Shown piece by piece: positions 60,312 through 64,000 of a stretch of DNA of 64,000 nt (its first letter is position 1; the number at the start of each line of letters is the position of its first letter). Under the pieces are notes generated by a model. It saw nothing but the letters and a program-made list of their open reading frames with translations. It was not told the DNA's origin and did no database searches. The translations under genes and the position numbers were made by a program. The stretch comes from Deltaproteobacteria bacterium (lineage in GTDB: Bacteria > Desulfobacterota > Binatia > UBA12015), in contig JAYGCM010000009.1 of NCBI GenBank assembly GCA_046583355.1, forward strand, positions 1-64,000. Reading direction: 5' to 3'.

Positions 60312-60950
60312 CTACGCGGTCGATGCGCGCGGTCGCTTGTCAAAACGGCCAAGAATCTGACTCGCGTGGCAGGAATCAAAGCATCTTGCTTTGGCCGAGC
60401 GTGGCCGCCCGGCAACGAATTCGAGGCGAGAATCCTGAAAACCGTCGAGTTCCAGCAGTATTTCGAGCACTTCGAGCACGCTCGCGCTGGCGCCCGCGCA
60501 GACGGGCCCAGGACGCAGGCGGTTGGCCGCAGAAGAATTCCTCCTCGCGCAGCGGCTCCAGACTCTCCGGGTAGCCCGTGGTGGTGCTGATCCAGACCAC
60601 GCGAGCAATGCCTTGGCGCCACGATTCAGCAAAAACTTCTTGTGTAATCGCTATATTACGGCGAATCCGGCCCAGCGGATCACGGGCCAGAACCGGCGCA
60701 CTCGCCACCTCACCGGCGGCGTGCACAACGACATCGACACCCTCCATGCAATCGGCCAGCGCCCCGGCACAGGTCAGATCGACATGGCGCACCTCGACAT
60801 TGGCACCGCCCACGGTGACGTGCGACGCCGCGAGCCGGCGCGCACCTCAACTCCCGGCACAGCGACCAGGGGTCGGAGAAGGTGCGAGCCAATCAGTCCG
60901 GAGGCACCCAGGAGCAGATAGCGGCCCGGCGTAACGGGCACTCGATCCAT
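60312..60950 (-). pseudogene. Frameshifted, internally deleted NAD-dependent epimerase (GDP-fucose synthase-like)
   Basis: GASGLIG in one frame; DL..DVVVHAAG..WISTTTGYP in a second; VLEIL..RP..R.FD..ASQILG in a third; YxxxK segment absent. Confidence 0.65.
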
Positions 60951-61077
60951 ACCGATGCGATGGTCGACCGCGAATGGCTTTTCAATAGGCCCGCCGCGCC
61001 GATTGCGAAATTTCCCTATTTATTCACTCGCAAGCGCATGTTACCCCTTGAGGGGTTGAAGTCATTCAAGGAGAACC

Positions 61078-61734
61078 ATGCACAGACCCCGCGGTAGGCG
61101 TTTTCTTCCCGTTCGCCCCGAGGAATCCAATCGCATCAACCGCCAGATCCGTGTGCCTGAGGTTCGCCTCGTTGGTGCCGATGGCGAACAACTCGGGGTA
61201 GTCGATACCCCAGAGGCGTTTCGCTTGGCGCAAGAGGCCGGACTCGACCTGGTTGAGGTAGCCGCTACCGCGCGCCCGCCAGTTTGTCGCATGATGGATT
61301 ACGGCAAATTCCGCTACGCCAAACAGAAAAAAGAAGCCGAAGCCAAGAAGAAGCAGCATACCACTCAGGTAAAAGAACTGCGGGTTCGGCCCGGCACGGA
61401 CGCACATGATCTGCTGCGCCAAACGCGCAAGGCACAAGAATTTCTCGAAGACGGCCAGCGCGTCAAATTCACGCTGCGCTTCCGTGGCCGCGAAATGGCC
61501 CACCAGATCCTCGGCAAACAGAAACTCCTCAGTGTAGCCGCAGCCCTCACCGAGGTCGGCTTCGTCGAACTCGCGCCGCGCACCGAAGGCCGCATCATGC
61601 ATCTCGTGATGGCGCCCGGACAGCGCAAGCAAAAGGGCGAGAAGGTTGCGAAGAAACCCGCCGCGCCGAGCAAGACCGCCGCGCCGAGCAAGACCGCCAC
61701 GCCGAGCAAGACCACCACGGCACCGGCCAGCTGA
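61078..61734 (+). CDS. infC: Translation initiation factor IF-3 with a C-terminal repeat extension
   Basis: RINRQIRVPEVRLV, AGLDLVEVA, PPVCRMMDYGKF, VKELRVRP, LRFRGRE. Confidence 0.95.
   Translation: MHRPRGRRFLPVRPEESNRINRQIRVPEVRLVGADGEQLGVVDTPEAFRLAQEAGLDLVEVAATARPPVCRMMDYGKFRYAKQKKEAEAKKKQHTTQVKELRVRPGTDAHDLLRQTRKAQEFLEDGQRVKFTLRFRGREMAHQILGKQKLLSVAAALTEVGFVELAPRTEGRIMHLVMAPGQRKQKGEKVAKKPAAPSKTAAPSKTATPSKTTTAPAS
61654..61719 (+). repeat. 18-bp coding tandem repeat (K[PT]A[AT]PS x3.5)
   Basis: AAGACCGCCGCGCCGAGC units. Confidence 0.85.
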
Positions 61735-61738
61735 GACT

Positions 61739-61798
61739 CCAGAGGCCCGGCCGAAAAGCGACGCGAATGCCGCCTGACTTTTCAGCCACGCCTCCAGG
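61739..61798. repeat. Inverted pair of repeat family A downstream of infC
   Basis: CCAGAGGCCCGGCCGAAAAG ... CTTTTCAGCCACGCCTCCAGG. Confidence 0.6.
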
Positions 61799-61861
61799 TC
61801 CAGCGGAACTCGAGTTCTCCGGCGATGGACCTTTGCGCTGGCTTCGGCCAGACTCGCCGGC

Positions 61862-62581
61862 GTGATGGCTGAACCGCCTGCGATCCGCACCGACGCGCTA
61901 AGCAAGAACTTCGGCAGCCGGCGCGTCCTGCACCGGCTTGAGCTCGAAGTCGCCAGCGGCGAATGCCTCGGCCTGCTGGGTGGCAATGGCGCGGGCAAGA
62001 GTACATTGCTGCGCCTGCTGGCCGGCAGCTCGCGCCCGGCAGCCGGCAGCGTTGCCCTTTTCGGCGTCGACGCACATGGCGACGACGCCCGAACCATCCG
62101 GCGCCGTCTCGGCTTTGTCGGCCATGAGGGCATGGTCTACCGCGACCTGAGCCCGCGCGAGAACCTCGAGGTCTTCGCCCGCCTCTACGGCTGCGATGAA
62201 ATTGATGCTGACGCTCTGCTTGCGCGCGTCGGACTCGGCCGCGTCGGCAAGCGCGCCACCCGCACACTCTCGCGTGGCATGTTGCAGCGCCTGGCCCTGG
62301 CGCGCGCCACCTTGCACGAACCCGACCTTCTTTTGCTCGACGAGCCCTTCACCGGCCTCGACGAAAGCGGCACCGAGATGCTGCGCGAATTGCTGCGCGC
62401 CCATCACGCGCGCGGCGGCACCATATTGCTGATCAGCCACGCACTGAGCGAAATCGCCGCGCTCTGCACGCGTGTCGTCGTATTGGCGCGCGGCCGTTTA
62501 TGCGCCGAGATTCAGCCCGTCCCGGAAATGGCCGAATTGCGTACCCGCTACCGCAAAGCACTCGCGGAGGCGCAGACCTGA
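61862..62581 (+). CDS. ccmA: Heme ABC exporter ATP-binding protein CcmA
   Basis: GGNGAGKST, LSRGM, LLLDEP; TGATG-coupled to ccmB. Confidence 0.88.
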   Translation: MMAEPPAIRTDALSKNFGSRRVLHRLELEVASGECLGLLGGNGAGKSTLLRLLAGSSRPAAGSVALFGVDAHGDDARTIRRRLGFVGHEGMVYRDLSPRENLEVFARLYGCDEIDADALLARVGLGRVGKRATRTLSRGMLQRLALARATLHEPDLLLLDEPFTGLDESGTEMLRELLRAHHARGGTILLISHALSEIAALCTRVVVLARGRLCAEIQPVPEMAELRTRYRKALAEAQT

Positions 62582-63240
62582 TGTGGCAAATTGCCCGCAA
62601 GGACCTGCTGATCGAATGGCGCACGGGGGAAATTCTCGCCTCGATGCTTCTTCTCTCGGTGCTGATCGTGCTCGTTTTTGCCTTCACGCTCGAACCTTCC
62701 CGACTGCACGGACCGGCCATCCTCGGCGGCCTGCTCTGGGCGACGCTGCTTTTCTCGGGCACAGTGGCGCTCAACCGCTCGTTTCTCCTCGAGCGCGAGG
62801 GTGGTGCCTGGACGGCATTGGCGCTGGCGCCGCTCGACCGCGGCTCGATCTTTCTCGGCAAGATGCTCGCCAATCTGGTGCTCCTGCTGCTGGGTGCTGC
62901 GGTGCTCCTGCCGCTGATGATGCTGCTGCTCGGCACCAAAGATCTCGCACCCAATGCCTTGCTGCCCGCCTCCCTGGTTCTGGGCATGATCGGCTTTGCC
63001 GCCATCGGCACGCTCTTCGCGGCCATGGCAAGCCGCACGCGAGCGCGCGAAGTGCTCATGCCGCTGCTCACTTTCCCCCTGCTGGCGCCGCTGCTCATCG
63101 CCGCCGCCCGTACCACCACGGCCGGGCTCATTGGCGAGCCGCTTTCGGCCGTTCGGTCCTGGCTTCTGCTGCTCGTGGCCTTTGATCTTGTATTCACGGT
63201 AGCTGGCTGGTTGTTTTTCGATCATGTCCTTGAAGACTGA
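62581..63240 (+). CDS. ccmB: Heme exporter permease CcmB
   Basis: IARKDLLIEWR, LNRSF..ERE, IFLGK, REVLMPLL.FP. Confidence 0.92.
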   Translation: MWQIARKDLLIEWRTGEILASMLLLSVLIVLVFAFTLEPSRLHGPAILGGLLWATLLFSGTVALNRSFLLEREGGAWTALALAPLDRGSIFLGKMLANLVLLLLGAAVLLPLMMLLLGTKDLAPNALLPASLVLGMIGFAAIGTLFAAMASRTRAREVLMPLLTFPLLAPLLIAAARTTTAGLIGEPLSAVRSWLLLLVAFDLVFTVAGWLFFDHVLED

Positions 63241-63937
63241 ACCTGGCCGCGCGCACCCCTGGCGCGATACCGCCCTGCCGGCGCTGACCGGCATCTTCAT
63301 GCTGGCGGCCATCATCCTCATCTTCTTCGTCGTGCCCAACGAGAAGGTCCAAGGCGTCGCGCAGCGAATCTTCTACTTCCACGTCCACCTGGCCTGGATG
63401 GCCTTCGGTGGTTTCGTATTTGTCGCGATTGCCAGCGTGCAATTTCTTCGCACCGGCAGCCAGCGGGCCAGCCAATTGGCCTTGGCCAATGCCGAGGTCG
63501 GCCTGCTCTTCACCACTTTGGTTCTGGTCACCGGCTCGATCTGGGCACGACCGATCTGGGGTGTGTGGTGGACCTGGGACCCGCGCCTCACGATGAGCAT
63601 CGTTCTATGGGCGATCTACGCCGCCTACCTGATGCTCCGACGCGTGGGCCACGGCGACGAGACCATCCAGCGCTACGCCGCCGTGCTCGGCATCGTCGGC
63701 ACGCTCGATATCCCGCTCCTGATCCTGGCCATCCGGCTCTGGCGTGGCATCCACCCGGCCGTGATGCTCTCGGACGACCCCGAGGCCGGCCTGCGCGACG
63801 TCACCATGATCTGGGCGCTCGCGATCTCGGGCGTTGCTCTGGCCCTTCTCTTTACCTGGCTCGTCTCCTTGCGCGCTCGCTACGCCGCGATCGACGACAA
63901 GCTCGAAGCCCTGCACCTGGAGGATTCCTACACATGA
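63224..63937 (+). CDS. ccmC: Heme exporter/cytochrome c biogenesis protein CcmC
   Basis: RIFYFHV, TGSIWARPIWGVWWTWDPRLT (WWD motif), WRGIHP. Confidence 0.95.
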   Translation: MSLKTEPGRAHPWRDTALPALTGIFMLAAIILIFFVVPNEKVQGVAQRIFYFHVHLAWMAFGGFVFVAIASVQFLRTGSQRASQLALANAEVGLLFTTLVLVTGSIWARPIWGVWWTWDPRLTMSIVLWAIYAAYLMLRRVGHGDETIQRYAAVLGIVGTLDIPLLILAIRLWRGIHPAVMLSDDPEAGLRDVTMIWALAISGVALALLFTWLVSLRARYAAIDDKLEALHLEDSYT

Positions 63938-64000
63938 CCGGAATCGATTATCTCGGCGCGGCCTATACGGCCATCTGGGTCGGATTCTTCTTCTATCTCG
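63934..64000 (+). CDS. ccmD: CcmD-like small membrane protein, partial
   Basis: MTGIDYLGAAYTAIWVGFFFYL; ATGA overlap with ccmC; SD GGAGG. Confidence 0.7.
   Translation, partial: MTGIDYLGAAYTAIWVGFFFYL

Overview
GC-rich chromosomal window from a diderm bacterium (it has a TonB-dependent receptor, lipoproteins and System I ccmABCD). The gene content suggests a Binatia/Myxococcota-like lineage, but that is inference only. About 50 CDSs, mostly catabolic. They include an igr-like steroid side-chain operon (ChsE2-ChsH2-ChsE1-ChsH1-Ltp2) followed by a TonB-dependent receptor, a 3-alpha-HSD-like SDR with an arylsulfatase, a CYP125-like P450, FadD3-like and other CoA ligases, three family III CoA-transferases and three amidohydrolases. 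Housekeeping genes are serC, aroD, msrA, infC, a DEAD-box helicase and ccmABCD. There are also two type II TA loci, a two-component system and decayed pseudogene fragments. Best candidates for something new: (1) a 14-bp pseudo-palindromic operator (WRRACR-NN-TGTYCA, ideal TGAACACGTGTTCA) found six times upstream of the steroid genes, the TonB receptor and a DUF3604/CoA-transferase pair, outlining a putative steroid regulon with a non-KstR operator; (2) two paralogous lipoproteins that fuse a CX4CH cytochrome c domain to a PHM/DBH-type copper monooxygenase with all six Cu ligands, one divergent from the 3-alpha-HSD across an operator copy; (3) a catalytically dead proteobacterial-type sortase beside a two-component system; (4) a putative sigma54-driven 45-aa Arg-rich ORF followed by a long hairpin; (5) two families of dispersed REP/MITE-like repeats. 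No rRNA, tRNA, CRISPR array or transposase was seen. All family calls come from motif recognition, not database searches.
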